The notes beneath the pieces were generated by a model. That model was not told the DNA's origin, searched no databases, and was given only the letters and a program-made list of their open reading frames with translations. 64,000 nucleotides of DNA, taken from an uncultured cyanobacterium (lineage in GTDB: Bacteria; Cyanobacteriota; Cyanobacteriia; PCC-6307; Cyanobiaceae). The stretch covers positions 1 to 64,000 of the forward strand of contig CAVXWZ010000011.1 of assembly GCA_963765575.1 (NCBI GenBank). Direction: 5' to 3'. Shown piece by piece: positions 1-9,315 of this stretch (within the stretch, counting starts at the first letter, position 1; every line of letters starts with the position of its first letter). Made by a program: the position numbers and the translations under genes.

Positions 1-292
1 TGAGGCGCGGCCGGCCGCTCTTGAGGTTGCGGTAGCGATTCAGCTTCAGGCCCGCCAGGAAGCCGATGAACTGCTTGCGGGTGACATGGGTGCGGTAGTT
101 CTTGGTGGTGAGCAGATAGGCGCCATCCAGCTGGCCGTTGGCCACCTGGGTGAAGAACTGCTTGAGCAGCGGGTTGATGCCGCGGGCGCTGAGCACCAGC
201 CTCACCGCCGAGATCGTCCAGTAGAGGAGCAGGGCCCCGGCGCCGGCCAGCAGAACCTTGGTGCCGATGGTGCTGATCAGACCCCAATCCAT
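1..292 (-). CDS. Conserved hypothetical membrane-anchored protein (3' end runs off the window)
   Basis: Not in the ORF track. Manual translation from ATG at 292 gives MDWGLISTIGTKVLLAGAGALLLYWTISAVRLVLSARGINPLLKQFFTQVANGQLDGAYLLTTKNY..., open to base 1, with an N-terminal hydrophobic helix and GC3-rich codons. Confidence 0.7.
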   Translation of the reverse strand, partial: MDWGLISTIGTKVLLAGAGALLLYWTISAVRLVLSARGINPLLKQFFTQVANGQLDGAYLLTTKNYRTHVTRKQFIGFLAGLKLNRYRNLKSGRPRL

Positions 293-358
293 TGAGCGGT
301 CCAGCTGTGTTGAATGGCCCCAGAGTCTGACTGACCAGCCCTCCCCCCAGCGCCTGGC

Positions 359-907
359 GTGCCGCTCGAACCCCTGCTGCCGCTGTTCCACCGGCTCAAC
401 CGCGAGCATTTCGACGGTTGTCTGGCGCCCGGCGGCCAGTCGCTGGCGAGCGTGCGCTGGAGTGACGGGCGCCTGCGCCGCAGTGCCGGCCTCTACCGGC
501 GCGGGCGTGATCCCGCCGGCCAGCGCTTCTGCGAGATCGTGCTTTCCCGGCCGTTGCTGGAGCCGCTGCCCCAGGAGGCCCTGCTCTCCACCCTCTGCCA
601 CGAGATGATCCACGTCTGGGTGGATCGGGTGCTGGCGGCCCGCGAGGTGCACGGCCCCCACTTCCGTGCCCGCATGGCGGCGATCAACGCCGCCCAGAGC
701 GGGTTCGTGGTCAGCGTGCGCCACCGCTATCCCCTGCCCGTCGAGGCGGCGAGGGGCAGCCGCTGGATCGCCCGCTGCCCCCGTTGCGGGGTCAGCGCCC
801 CCTACCGGCGCCGCGTCCGCGGCCTGGCCTGCCGGGCCTGCTGTGAACGGCACCACGGCGGCCACTGGGACCCCAGCTGTCTGCTGGAGTTCGTGGCGGC
901 GGCCTAG
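359..907 (+). CDS. SprT-family zinc-dependent metalloprotease
   Basis: HEMIH zincin motif, HGPHF motif, and a C-terminal CPRC...CRAC zinc ribbon. Confidence 0.85.
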   Translation: MPLEPLLPLFHRLNREHFDGCLAPGGQSLASVRWSDGRLRRSAGLYRRGRDPAGQRFCEIVLSRPLLEPLPQEALLSTLCHEMIHVWVDRVLAAREVHGPHFRARMAAINAAQSGFVVSVRHRYPLPVEAARGSRWIARCPRCGVSAPYRRRVRGLACRACCERHHGGHWDPSCLLEFVAAA

Positions 908-930
908 GTTCGCCGCACCCGAGTGCGGCC

Positions 931-1026
931 GTGAGCGTCTTTCTCTGGACCCTGCAGTGGTCCGGCGTGGCCATTGCCGTGGTGGGCCTGCTGCGGGAGC
1001 GCCGCCTGTCCCTGAGGCGCCGGTAG
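931..1026 (+). CDS. Possible 31-aa small membrane protein
   Basis: GTG...TAG ORF (M)SVFLWTLQWSGVAIAVVGLLRERRLSLRRR fills the gap between two + strand genes; hydrophobic core and basic tail. Confidence 0.35.
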   Translation: MSVFLWTLQWSGVAIAVVGLLRERRLSLRRR

Positions 1027-1079
1027 CGTTGGGGGATGCCCGATCGCCGCTCCGATCCCCAGCGTTCCCCCCCGACCCG

Positions 1080-1676
1080 ATGGAGCAGGGCTTCGACCGC
1101 CTGGTGAGCGCCGGCAGGCAGCTGGTGGATGGGGTGTCCGGTGCCCGCCCCGGCACCCGCTCGTCCACCCGCCCAGCCCAGCGCTCGGCCCGCCCCGGGG
1201 AGCGGGCCGGTGGCCCCCGCCCGCGCCTCGGGGAGCTGGGCCGCTGGGTGGAAGACAAGCTCGATTGGATCCTTGAGGACGAGGACGACTGGCGGGAGCC
1301 CTGGCAGGAGCCCCGCCCCGGGCGGCAGGCGCCATCCGGGCGTCCGAGCGTGTCACTGCGGCCGCAGCGGGACGACCCGCCGGAGCCGCCGGCAGCCCGC
1401 ACGCCAATGCCCGCAGCGTCGGCGCGCCGGCGGCCCCTGGAGGCCATCTCCCGCCGCGACCAGCGCCGGCCTGCCGCTGAGCCGGCTCAATCCCGCCAGT
1501 CCGAGGCCGACGCCTGGCCCGATGACACCAGCTTCGCCCGCCCCCGCTGGCAGCGTCCCCTGAGTGATCCCAGCCGGGCCCCCGATCTCAGCGCCGCTGC
1601 GGCCCGCAACGCCGCTGCCCGCCAGCAGGAGGCGGCGCGGCCCCTGCCCCGTTCCAGTCGCCGCCGACCCGGCTGA
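1080..1676 (+). CDS. Conserved hypothetical picocyanobacterial protein (disordered, Arg/Pro-rich)
   Basis: C-terminal part of ORF 666..1676 from ATG 1080; blocks DRLVSAGRQLVDGVSGARPG, LGRWVEDKLDWILEDEDDWREPWQ, RRPLEAISRR and RPLPRSSRRR. Confidence 0.7.
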   Translation: MEQGFDRLVSAGRQLVDGVSGARPGTRSSTRPAQRSARPGERAGGPRPRLGELGRWVEDKLDWILEDEDDWREPWQEPRPGRQAPSGRPSVSLRPQRDDPPEPPAARTPMPAASARRRPLEAISRRDQRRPAAEPAQSRQSEADAWPDDTSFARPRWQRPLSDPSRAPDLSAAAARNAAARQQEAARPLPRSSRRRPG

Positions 1677-1704
1677 TTACGCTGAGGCCTTCTGAACAGG
1701 GTCC

Positions 1705-2226
1705 ATGAGCAGCCTGGTGGTGGTGGGTTTCCCGAAGGTGACTGAGGCCGAGGAGGTGCGTCGGCAACTGGCGGGCATCCAGAAAGAGCGGCTGATCGCC
1801 CTCGAGGATGCGGTGGTGGTGGAACACGACGGTGACGGCCAGGTGCACCTGCGCCAGGCGGTCAACCTCACCACCGCCGGCGCCCTGGGCGGTGGCTTCT
1901 GGGGCACGCTCGTGGGTCTGCTGTTCCTCAACCCCCTGCTCGGTGCCGCCGTCGGCGCGGGCGTGGGTGCCGCCTCCGGGTCGCTCTCCGACATCGGCAT
2001 CGACGACACCTTCATGCGCGAGCTGGGTGAAACCCTGCCCCGCGGCAGTGCGGCCCTCTGCCTGTTGATCCGTGAAGCCACCGCCGACCGGGTGATCGAG
2101 CGCCTGCGGGTGCATGCGCCCCACGCCAAGTTGCTGCGCAGCAACCTCAGCCACACCGACGAGGATCAGCTGCGCACCCTGCTGGAGGACGCCGCCCGGC
2201 AGGCCGAGGCCCTGCGGCTCTCCTGA
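1705..2226 (+). CDS. DUF1269-family membrane protein
   Basis: GALGGGFWGTLVGLLFLNPLLGAAVGAGVGAASGSLSDIGIDD glycine-zipper-like signature. Confidence 0.85.
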   Translation: MSSLVVVGFPKVTEAEEVRRQLAGIQKERLIALEDAVVVEHDGDGQVHLRQAVNLTTAGALGGGFWGTLVGLLFLNPLLGAAVGAGVGAASGSLSDIGIDDTFMRELGETLPRGSAALCLLIREATADRVIERLRVHAPHAKLLRSNLSHTDEDQLRTLLEDAARQAEALRLS

Positions 2227-2299
2227 GCCAGCTGCAGGGCACGGCCGCATGCCTTGCAGGCGGCCCAGGTCGGTGAGGCTGAGCCAGTCAGCCTTGGGG

Positions 2300-2950
2300 T
2301 CAGCCCGGGGGTGAGGTTGGGGAGTCGCTGGGGCCTTCATGGTGTTGCGCGGCCGGCCCCAGCCACTGCTCGAGGTCTGGAGAGAACACCTCCCTGATCA
2401 CCGTCAGCGGCTGACCGCCGCGGAAAAAGCGGTAGTGGCGACTCCAGAAGGGGCCGCCGTGGCCGAAGCGGTTCACCAGCCAGGGGGCCTGCACCAGGGC
2501 CAGGCCATCCACCTCCCGGAACAGTTCGGCCCGGTTGCTGGTGAGGCTGTTCCAGATGGGCTGATCGCGCTGGCGCAGGTGGGCATCAGCCTGGCCCTGG
2601 TTCCACCAGCTCTCGGCCCAGGCCAGGGTGTGGTCGCCGCAGCGCAGCCACACCTGACGGCGCAGCAGGGGCAGGGCCAGTTCGGCCACCTCGGCCGGGG
2701 GACGGGCGCCGTCCTGGTGGGGCTGCGCCTGGGGGGTCATGGCGATCAGCTCGATGCGCACCGGCAGGCCGGTGAGCGACTCCAGGTGGCGGGTGGGGCT
2801 GCCGTCGCCGAGCAGCAGCAGCCTCCAGGGGCCACTGAGGACCTGGGCCAGGGTCTGCAGATCACCCTCCCCGAGCTGCCGCTCCCACAGGGCCGCAGGC
2901 GACGGGGTGGGCACGGGGCTCGGGGACAGGCTGAGGCCCGTGGCCGTCAT
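2300..2950 (-). CDS. Chorismate pyruvate-lyase family protein (cyanobacterial UbiC/DUF98 type)
   Basis: LLLGDGSPTRHL, RRQVWL, AESWW, FWSRHYRF and IREVFSP motifs. Confidence 0.85.
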   Translation of the reverse strand: MTATGLSLSPSPVPTPSPAALWERQLGEGDLQTLAQVLSGPWRLLLLGDGSPTRHLESLTGLPVRIELIAMTPQAQPHQDGARPPAEVAELALPLLRRQVWLRCGDHTLAWAESWWNQGQADAHLRQRDQPIWNSLTSNRAELFREVDGLALVQAPWLVNRFGHGGPFWSRHYRFFRGGQPLTVIREVFSPDLEQWLGPAAQHHEGPSDSPTSPPG

Positions 2951-3005
2951 GGCTGGCTGCTGGCGATCACGGCTCAGCGTAGAAACCAGCCCCAGGGCAC
3001 CGGGA

Positions 3006-3899
3006 TCAGGAGCCGTTGCTGATGCTGATGCGGAGCTGCTGGCCGTTGCGCTCGATCACCGCCGCATCGCCGCTGGCAGCGGCCAGGCGCCAGCCGCTGT
3101 TGCCGATCGACTCGCCGATCGCTGCGCTGGTGGAGCTGCCGCCCACCTGGAAGATGGCGGATCCGCCCTGACCGGGCACCTGCACCACCCCCACCAGCTG
3201 GGGCAGGCTGGGGTCAGCCGGCGCCGGTGTCGCCCTCGACGCTGAGGGGCCTGTGCCGGTGGCGGCCGCCGGGGCGGGCCTGGAAACCTGCCCACTCATC
3301 GGCACCTTGAGCACGTTGGCGGCCGGAGCGCTGCTGGCCGGCAGGGTGGCCAGCTCCTCCATCCATGGCTCCAAGGGCGGTGGCGGCAGTGCGTCGCCGT
3401 CACTGCTCAGGGTTGGGGCCTGGCTGGGCTGGAGGCCCGCCACGATGGTGGTGTCCGCGACAGGGGCCGGCATGGTGGCCGGGCCCATGGCGCGCAGGCG
3501 TTCCACCAGCAGCAAGTTGCGTTCCTGCCGCAGGGCCTGCTGGCTCTGACCCCAGAGGCCCAGGCCCACCAGCACGCTGCCGGCCAGGGTGGTGACCGTG
3601 AGCCCCACGGCGGCGATCACCAGGGTCGACTGATGCTGGAGGCTGCTGCTCCAGGCGCTCCCCACCGTGCCCCTGGCCCGGGCCACCGCGGAGCGCCGCT
3701 GGCTGGGGAGGGTGGTGGCGCCGCGGCGGGTCGAGGCTGGTTGCGGCCGCGGGCCGAACGCCGGAGCTGCGGCATTGGCGGGGGTGTCACACACCTCCAC
3801 CTCGATCGGCGCCTCCGGGGAGAACACCCGGTTGAGCACCTGCTCGGCGCGGAGTTCCCAATAGGCCCGCGACGTGGGGATGGCGCGCACGGACGGCAT
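3006..3899 (-). CDS. Conserved hypothetical single-TM protein with a C-terminal PilP/GspC-like beta domain
   Basis: From ATG 3899 (MPSVRAIPTSRAYWELRAEQVL): one TM helix, Pro-rich linker, then LVGVVQVPGQGGSAIFQ...GESIGNSGWRL. Confidence 0.65.
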   Translation of the reverse strand: MPSVRAIPTSRAYWELRAEQVLNRVFSPEAPIEVEVCDTPANAAAPAFGPRPQPASTRRGATTLPSQRRSAVARARGTVGSAWSSSLQHQSTLVIAAVGLTVTTLAGSVLVGLGLWGQSQQALRQERNLLLVERLRAMGPATMPAPVADTTIVAGLQPSQAPTLSSDGDALPPPPLEPWMEELATLPASSAPAANVLKVPMSGQVSRPAPAAATGTGPSASRATPAPADPSLPQLVGVVQVPGQGGSAIFQVGGSSTSAAIGESIGNSGWRLAAASGDAAVIERNGQQLRISISNGS

Positions 3900-3975
3900 G
3901 GCCCAACGACGGGAAATTTGCCACTCAACGTACTGGCAGTTCCGAGATTTGACGAGATTGTTGTGGCGGAATGGC

Positions 3976-4728
3976 TCAGAGGCTGTAGCCGAGGTCTGCT
4001 GCCAGTCCAGCGCATGACCGCCGCACCCGGGCGATCTCCGCAGCGTTGAGGTGCTGGCGGTAGCCGCCGCTGTTGTCGAACAGTGGTTGATTGATCTGGC
4101 GGTTGCGGTGGTCCACATGGCTCACCCCCGCCAGTTCGCCCTCCCCGCGGGCGGCTGGGGCCTGCTCCCCGCCCCTGCCGCCATACCAGCTCACCGGTTG
4201 CTGGTGGTAGGTCAACTGTTGCTCCTCAAAGTCCAGCTCCAGAAAGCCCATCACCTGCTCCAGGCAGGCCTGGGGGTTCTGCACCAGCTGCTCGTAGCGC
4301 ACCAGATGCACCCGGGGATGGCCCCGCCAGCGCAGCACCCGGCGGTTGTCCTGCTGCCAGCGACGCAGGCTTTTCCCCAGCCGCCCGTAGCGCCGCTTCA
4401 GGGAGGCCACCGTGTCGAGCGGATGGCGGCAGATCAGCAGGATCCGCGAGCAGGGGGCGGCGCCGAGGATGAAGCCGAGGTGGCGCACATGCTTGGGCGT
4501 CTTCTCCACCCAGCAATCGCTGCCCGCGTCCCCGCTGGCCCGCCAGAACTGCTCCAGGGCGAGGCGATAGCGGCCGTAGCTCTCCTTCTTGGCCACGCCG
4601 GTTTCGCCGGCGATCGCATGCACCCGCGAGTGGGCCCCCACCAGGCGGGTGAGGATCGAGGTGCCGGAGTGGCCGCAGCCGCAGACATGGATGCTGCCCC
4701 GCAGGGGTTCACGCCAGAGCCTGTGCAT
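3976..4728 (-). CDS. Sulfotransferase family protein
   Basis: 5'-PSB loop CGCGHSGTSIL, WVEKTPKH, 3'-PB motif RHPLDTVASL, VRYEQLV; ATG at 4728. Confidence 0.85.
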   Translation of the reverse strand: MHRLWREPLRGSIHVCGCGHSGTSILTRLVGAHSRVHAIAGETGVAKKESYGRYRLALEQFWRASGDAGSDCWVEKTPKHVRHLGFILGAAPCSRILLICRHPLDTVASLKRRYGRLGKSLRRWQQDNRRVLRWRGHPRVHLVRYEQLVQNPQACLEQVMGFLELDFEEQQLTYHQQPVSWYGGRGGEQAPAARGEGELAGVSHVDHRNRQINQPLFDNSGGYRQHLNAAEIARVRRSCAGLAADLGYSL

Positions 4729-4742
4729 CGTTGCCGTCTCCT

Positions 4743-5534
4743 TCAGGTCCAGTGCCGGTCGATCCAGGGCACCGGCATCACGAAACGGCGCAGCCCGCCC
4801 CAGTCGCGCTGGCTGAGCAGCCGCCTCAGGTGGGCCCGCCGGCCGGCGTAGGCGGGCGAATCGGCTTTCCATCGCCCGAGCCGCACATCGGCGGGGTTGG
4901 GCCCCCCGGGGAAGGTGATGATGCGGCTGCCCGCCGGCAACCGGGCCGGCCGCAGGTAGCGCAGCGGCAGCGGCCCCAGGCAGTGGAGCCGGAAATGGCG
5001 GGTCCAGCCCCGGGGCCAGAACTGCAGCTGCCGTTGCAGGCAGGCGGTCACGTAGTGCTGCTCGTAGCCGAAGCGGTCGGCGAGGCCCTGGGGATCGCGG
5101 CGGAAGCGCTCCAGGATCTGCGGATGGGAGCCGATGCGGAAGCGGAACACCGAGGTCTGGCCCAGGCCACTGAGGGGACGTGACCAGTTGCGCTCCAGGA
5201 TCACAGCAGCGGGCGGGCCGAAGCTGAAGTAAGGATCGAGATCGGCCACGATCACCGAATCCAGGTCCACGAACAGGGCTGTTCCTTGCAATCCCCCCGG
5301 CAAAGGCCCCCAGAGGGCGAGCTTGCGCCATTTGCCGCGGGTGCGCTGGGGCTCCTCGCAGCCCAGCTCGGGCAGCGGCAGCACGCGGATCGAGGCATCC
5401 AGGCCGCTGCCGTCATCGGTGAAGCACACCAGCTGGAACGGCGGCGTGAGGTGGCGGGCCAGCATCCGCTGCAGCCGGTTGACATAGTCGGGCCCGTATT
5501 TTGTGCCCCACTTGATGCACAGAACCAGCTTCAT
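4743..5534 (-). CDS. Glycosyltransferase (GT-A fold)
   Basis: CIKWGTKYGPDYVNRL, CFTDD, WRKLALW and DxD motif (FVDLDSVI); ATG 5534 overlaps the upstream stop (TGATG). Confidence 0.8.
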   Translation of the reverse strand: MKLVLCIKWGTKYGPDYVNRLQRMLARHLTPPFQLVCFTDDGSGLDASIRVLPLPELGCEEPQRTRGKWRKLALWGPLPGGLQGTALFVDLDSVIVADLDPYFSFGPPAAVILERNWSRPLSGLGQTSVFRFRIGSHPQILERFRRDPQGLADRFGYEQHYVTACLQRQLQFWPRGWTRHFRLHCLGPLPLRYLRPARLPAGSRIITFPGGPNPADVRLGRWKADSPAYAGRRAHLRRLLSQRDWGGLRRFVMPVPWIDRHWT

Positions 5535-6223
5535 CAATACCGGAGCGCCTGGATTTCCCGGGCGCAGATCAGTCGAATGCGCTGCTGGCTGGCCGCATCG
5601 AGCACCTCTTGCCAGGGGCGCTTGTCGTGGCGGTGTTGCCCCTTGGGCCGCTGGGTTGGCAGTTCCAGCGGGCGCTCCAGCCCCAGGCGCCGGGACAGCG
5701 CCAGCAGGTCAGCAGCCAGTGATTCGTAGCGCAGCATCACATCGGTGATCAGTGTGTCGTTGATGCTGTAGATGTCCCAGTTGGAGAGTTCGCCGGGGGG
5801 GCAGCTCTTGATATAGGCGTTGATGGGCAGGGGCTGGCTCTGTTTGCGGGAGCGCCAGTAGTAGCTGCTGATCGCCTTGTCGAAGGGATTGCGTTCCACA
5901 CTGATCTTCAGATAGGCGTCCCAGGTGGGAGCAGGCAGCTGGGCCTTGATCTGGGCGGCCGGAATATGATTGTAGAAGCGCTTCTTCAGCCTGGCCCGGC
6001 TTACCAGACGCACCAGGTCTGGGGCGGAGTAGTGGTGCAGCGGAGTGCGGAAGTTGCGCGGCCCCGGAAAGCCCAGCCGGCGGCTGAGGTGCTCGTCGTC
6101 GCGGGAGATGGGGGTGATCACATCGCCTGGGGCCATCAGCGACCGCAGGGCGATTTCGATGGCGGTGCCCGCCGTTTTCTGGGTTTTGAGGAAGATGAAG
6201 CGGTGGTGATGGCAGATCAGCAT
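5534..6223 (-). CDS. Sulfotransferase family 2 protein
   Basis: [15 protein letters not shown] (5'-PSB), [14 protein letters not shown] (3'-PB), LRYESL. Confidence 0.85.
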   Translation of the reverse strand: MLICHHHRFIFLKTQKTAGTAIEIALRSLMAPGDVITPISRDDEHLSRRLGFPGPRNFRTPLHHYSAPDLVRLVSRARLKKRFYNHIPAAQIKAQLPAPTWDAYLKISVERNPFDKAISSYYWRSRKQSQPLPINAYIKSCPPGELSNWDIYSINDTLITDVMLRYESLAADLLALSRRLGLERPLELPTQRPKGQHRHDKRPWQEVLDAASQQRIRLICAREIQALRY

Positions 6224-8172
6224 GGGGCGCCCTGACCCTGGCGCCGTTTGGCCAGCTCCAGCCAGAGCATCAGGGCCGTGACATCGGCGGGGCTCACCCC
6301 CGCCAGCCGGCCCGCCTGGCCGAGGCTCACCGGGCGCACCGCCGCCAGCTTCTCGCGCGCTTCATGGGACAGGGTGGCGATGGTGGCATAGTCGAGATCG
6401 GCGGGAATCGGCCGGTGTTCCTCCCGCTTGACGCGCTCGATCTGCTGCTCCTGGCGGGCCAGGTAGCCGCTGTATTTGATGTCGATCTCGGCCCCTTCGC
6501 GCACATCGGCGGGCAGGGTCCCATCGGCCAGGCCATGGCCCACCAGGTCGGCGGCGTGGAAGCCCGGCCGGCGCAGCAGTTCCGCCAGGGTGATGGAGCC
6601 CTTGATGGGGGCTCCGGTGTGCTCTTCCACCGCGGCGGCGGCGGCGTCACTGGCCTTCAGACGCACGGTCTCCAGTCGCCGCTTCTCGGCGCTGATCGCC
6701 TCCTGCTTGGCCGCGTAGATTCCCCAGCGGCGCCCGTCGATCAGGCCCAGCTCCCGGCCCAGGGGGGTGAGCCGGCGGTCGGCGTTGTCGCCGCGCAGCA
6801 CCAGCCGGTATTCGCTGCGGCTGGTGAGCACCCGGTAGGGCTCGCGCAGATCCTTGCTGATCAGGTCGTCGACCATCGTGCCGATGTAGCTGCCCTCGCG
6901 GGGGAAGTGCACCGGCTCCTGGCCCCGCACCAGCCGGGCGGCGTTGAGGCCCGCCACCAGGCCCTGGGCGGCGGCCTCCTCGTAGCCGGTGGTGCCGTTG
7001 AGCTGGCCGGCGCTGAACAGCCCGGCGACCCGCTTGGTTTCCAGGGAGGGTTTGAGCTGGGTGGCGGGCAGGATGTCGTAGTCCACGGCGTAGGCGGGCC
7101 GCAGCATCACGCACTGCTCCAGGCCGGGCAGGGTGCGCAGCAGCTCCAGCTGCAGCCGCTCCGGCAGACCGGTGGAGAAGCCCTGCACGTAGATCTCGGG
7201 GGTGTCGCGGCCTTCGGGCTCCAGGAAGATCTGGTGGCTGGGCTTGTCGGCGAAGCGCACGATCTTGTCCTCGATCGAGGGGCAGTAGCGCGGGCCCTTG
7301 CTGTCGATGAAGCCGCCGTAGATCGGCGTGAGGTGCAGGTTGTCGCGGATCAGCTGGTGGGTGGCGGCGGTGGTGCGGGTGATGTGGCAGCTCATCTGCT
7401 CCCCGCTCACCCAGGCGGCGGGATCGAAGGAGAAGAAGCGATCGGCGGCATCGCTGGGCTGCTCCTCGAGCTGATCGAGGGCGATGCTGCGCCGGTCCAC
7501 CCGCGCCGGAGTGCCGGTTTTCAGCCGATCGGTGCCGAAGCCCAGCCGCTGCAGCGCTTCGGTGAGGCCTTCACAGGCCTGCTCGCCGGCGCGGCCGGCC
7601 GCCATGCTCTGGCTGCCCACCCAGATCCGGCCCCCCAGGAAGGTGCCGGTGGTGAGCACCACCGCCCGCGCGCCATAGACACTGCCGAAGTAGGTGTGCA
7701 CGCCGGTGATGCGGGCCGCCGGCCCCCGGGCCGGATCCCAGCCGGGGCCGCCGCCGTCGGCCGCACCCTCGATCTCCAGCCCGGTCACCATCGCCTCGCG
7801 CAGGGCCAGGTTGGGGGTGTGCTGCAGCAGTTGCAGCATCTGGCGGGCGTAGTGGCGCTTGTCGGTCTGGGCGCGCAGGGCCCACACGGCCGGGCCGCGG
7901 CTGGCGTTGAGCACCCGCTTCTGCAGGGCGGTGGCATCGGCCAGGCGGCCGATCACGCCGCCGAGGGCATCCACCTCATGCACCAGCTGGCTCTTGGCCG
8001 GACCGCCCACCGCCGGGTTGCAGGGCTGCCAGGCGATGCGGTCGAGGTTGAGGGTGAACAGGGCCGTCTGCAGCCCCAGCCGGGCCGCCGTGATGGCGGC
8101 CTCACAGCCGGAGTGGCCGCCGCCCACCACGATCACGTCGAAGCATTCGCTGGGGGGGATGGACCAGGCCAT
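6217..8172 (-). CDS. mnmG: tRNA uridine-5-carboxymethylaminomethyl modification enzyme MnmG (GidA)
   Basis: [67 protein letters not shown]; 651 aa. Confidence 0.98.
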   Translation of the reverse strand: MAWSIPPSECFDVIVVGGGHSGCEAAITAARLGLQTALFTLNLDRIAWQPCNPAVGGPAKSQLVHEVDALGGVIGRLADATALQKRVLNASRGPAVWALRAQTDKRHYARQMLQLLQHTPNLALREAMVTGLEIEGAADGGGPGWDPARGPAARITGVHTYFGSVYGARAVVLTTGTFLGGRIWVGSQSMAAGRAGEQACEGLTEALQRLGFGTDRLKTGTPARVDRRSIALDQLEEQPSDAADRFFSFDPAAWVSGEQMSCHITRTTAATHQLIRDNLHLTPIYGGFIDSKGPRYCPSIEDKIVRFADKPSHQIFLEPEGRDTPEIYVQGFSTGLPERLQLELLRTLPGLEQCVMLRPAYAVDYDILPATQLKPSLETKRVAGLFSAGQLNGTTGYEEAAAQGLVAGLNAARLVRGQEPVHFPREGSYIGTMVDDLISKDLREPYRVLTSRSEYRLVLRGDNADRRLTPLGRELGLIDGRRWGIYAAKQEAISAEKRRLETVRLKASDAAAAAVEEHTGAPIKGSITLAELLRRPGFHAADLVGHGLADGTLPADVREGAEIDIKYSGYLARQEQQIERVKREEHRPIPADLDYATIATLSHEAREKLAAVRPVSLGQAGRLAGVSPADVTALMLWLELAKRRQGQGAPC

Positions 8173-8190
8173 GGCGTCAGGTACTGAACT

Positions 8191-9306
8191 TCAATGTATG
8201 GCCTGCTGATGGACGCTCTGCCGATCGGCGTAGGCGAGGAAGGCGGAAGCCCCTCCCTGCGCTACTGCGGAGCGATGCAGCAGGACTGGGGCTGTGGCGA
8301 TCCGCTGGGCCTCTGCAGCCAGGGCACGCTGAGCCATGGCCAGCATCTGCAGGGCCAGCGCCAGACCACTGCAGCTATGGCGGCCGGCACCGAAGGGCAG
8401 GCTGGAGATCTTGCTGAAAGGGCAACCCGTGGCCGCCCCCAGAAACACGTAGAGACGATCTCCCTCCACCAGGCTGTGACCCGCCAAGGTGGTTGTGGTG
8501 AGACACCGTCGCATCACGAAGTTCGTGGGCACGATGCGTTGGAAGGTCATCCGGCTGCAGGCGGCCACAGCCTGATCAATGTTGCCGGGCGTCGCGCTGA
8601 GGCTCTCAAGCAGCGCGTTCAAGCTGGCGGTCACCGCGGCCACCAAGGGGGCTGCTCCCATCACCATCAGTGCTGCCGCGGCGGTCCGCTCGTCGGCGCA
8701 TAACCGTTCCCAATCAAGGGCGGCCATACAGGTGGCGATGGCCTTGTTACAGCGGCGCAGCGTTGACGGCTTCGGAAACGGGTTGAAGAAGTCGACGGCC
8801 ATCAGCTCGTCGGTCGTGAGCGCCACCCGACGCTGCGAAACCGCTGACAGGCAGTGGTTGATCAGTGCGGTGGTCAGGCCTTCCGCCACTCTGAGGCTGC
8901 TGGCCCCTGGCCTGCCCAGGTCTGACTTCAGTGTTGACGCCAGTCCATCGGGCCCCAGCTCCGCCAGGGTGCCGCTGCAGCGTTCGAACACGCTGGCCAG
9001 CTCCCCCCGCCGTTGTTCATGGAGCGGCCCTTCCAGCATCAGGGGGCTTTCGGCGCAGAAGCGGCGGATCCAGCCTGTCTGCTGGGCTCCAGCCAAGGCC
9101 ATGGCGCTGGCCAGGAAGTTGTGCTGGCCGAATTGCGGTGAACGCAGGATCTGCCTGGCGAGGGTCGGGTTGTAGACGAACAGCACCCCCTGGCCCGTAC
9201 CGAGCAAACCAATGGCCTCGACGGCCCCGGCTTTGCGTGGGAAGTGGTCGGAGCCTCGCTGGCCCGTGATCCACCGGATGGTTTCCAGGACTTGCAAGAA
9301 CTGCAT
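8191..9306 (-). CDS. Atypical cytochrome P450
   Basis: Heme-binding loop LPFGAGRHSCSG, LMLEGPLHEQRR (C-helix HxxxR), VMRRCLTTTTLAG beta region; no clear ExxR or I-helix Thr. Confidence 0.75.
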   Translation of the reverse strand: MQFLQVLETIRWITGQRGSDHFPRKAGAVEAIGLLGTGQGVLFVYNPTLARQILRSPQFGQHNFLASAMALAGAQQTGWIRRFCAESPLMLEGPLHEQRRGELASVFERCSGTLAELGPDGLASTLKSDLGRPGASSLRVAEGLTTALINHCLSAVSQRRVALTTDELMAVDFFNPFPKPSTLRRCNKAIATCMAALDWERLCADERTAAAALMVMGAAPLVAAVTASLNALLESLSATPGNIDQAVAACSRMTFQRIVPTNFVMRRCLTTTTLAGHSLVEGDRLYVFLGAATGCPFSKISSLPFGAGRHSCSGLALALQMLAMAQRALAAEAQRIATAPVLLHRSAVAQGGASAFLAYADRQSVHQQAIH

Positions 9307-9315
9307 GACGTCAGA

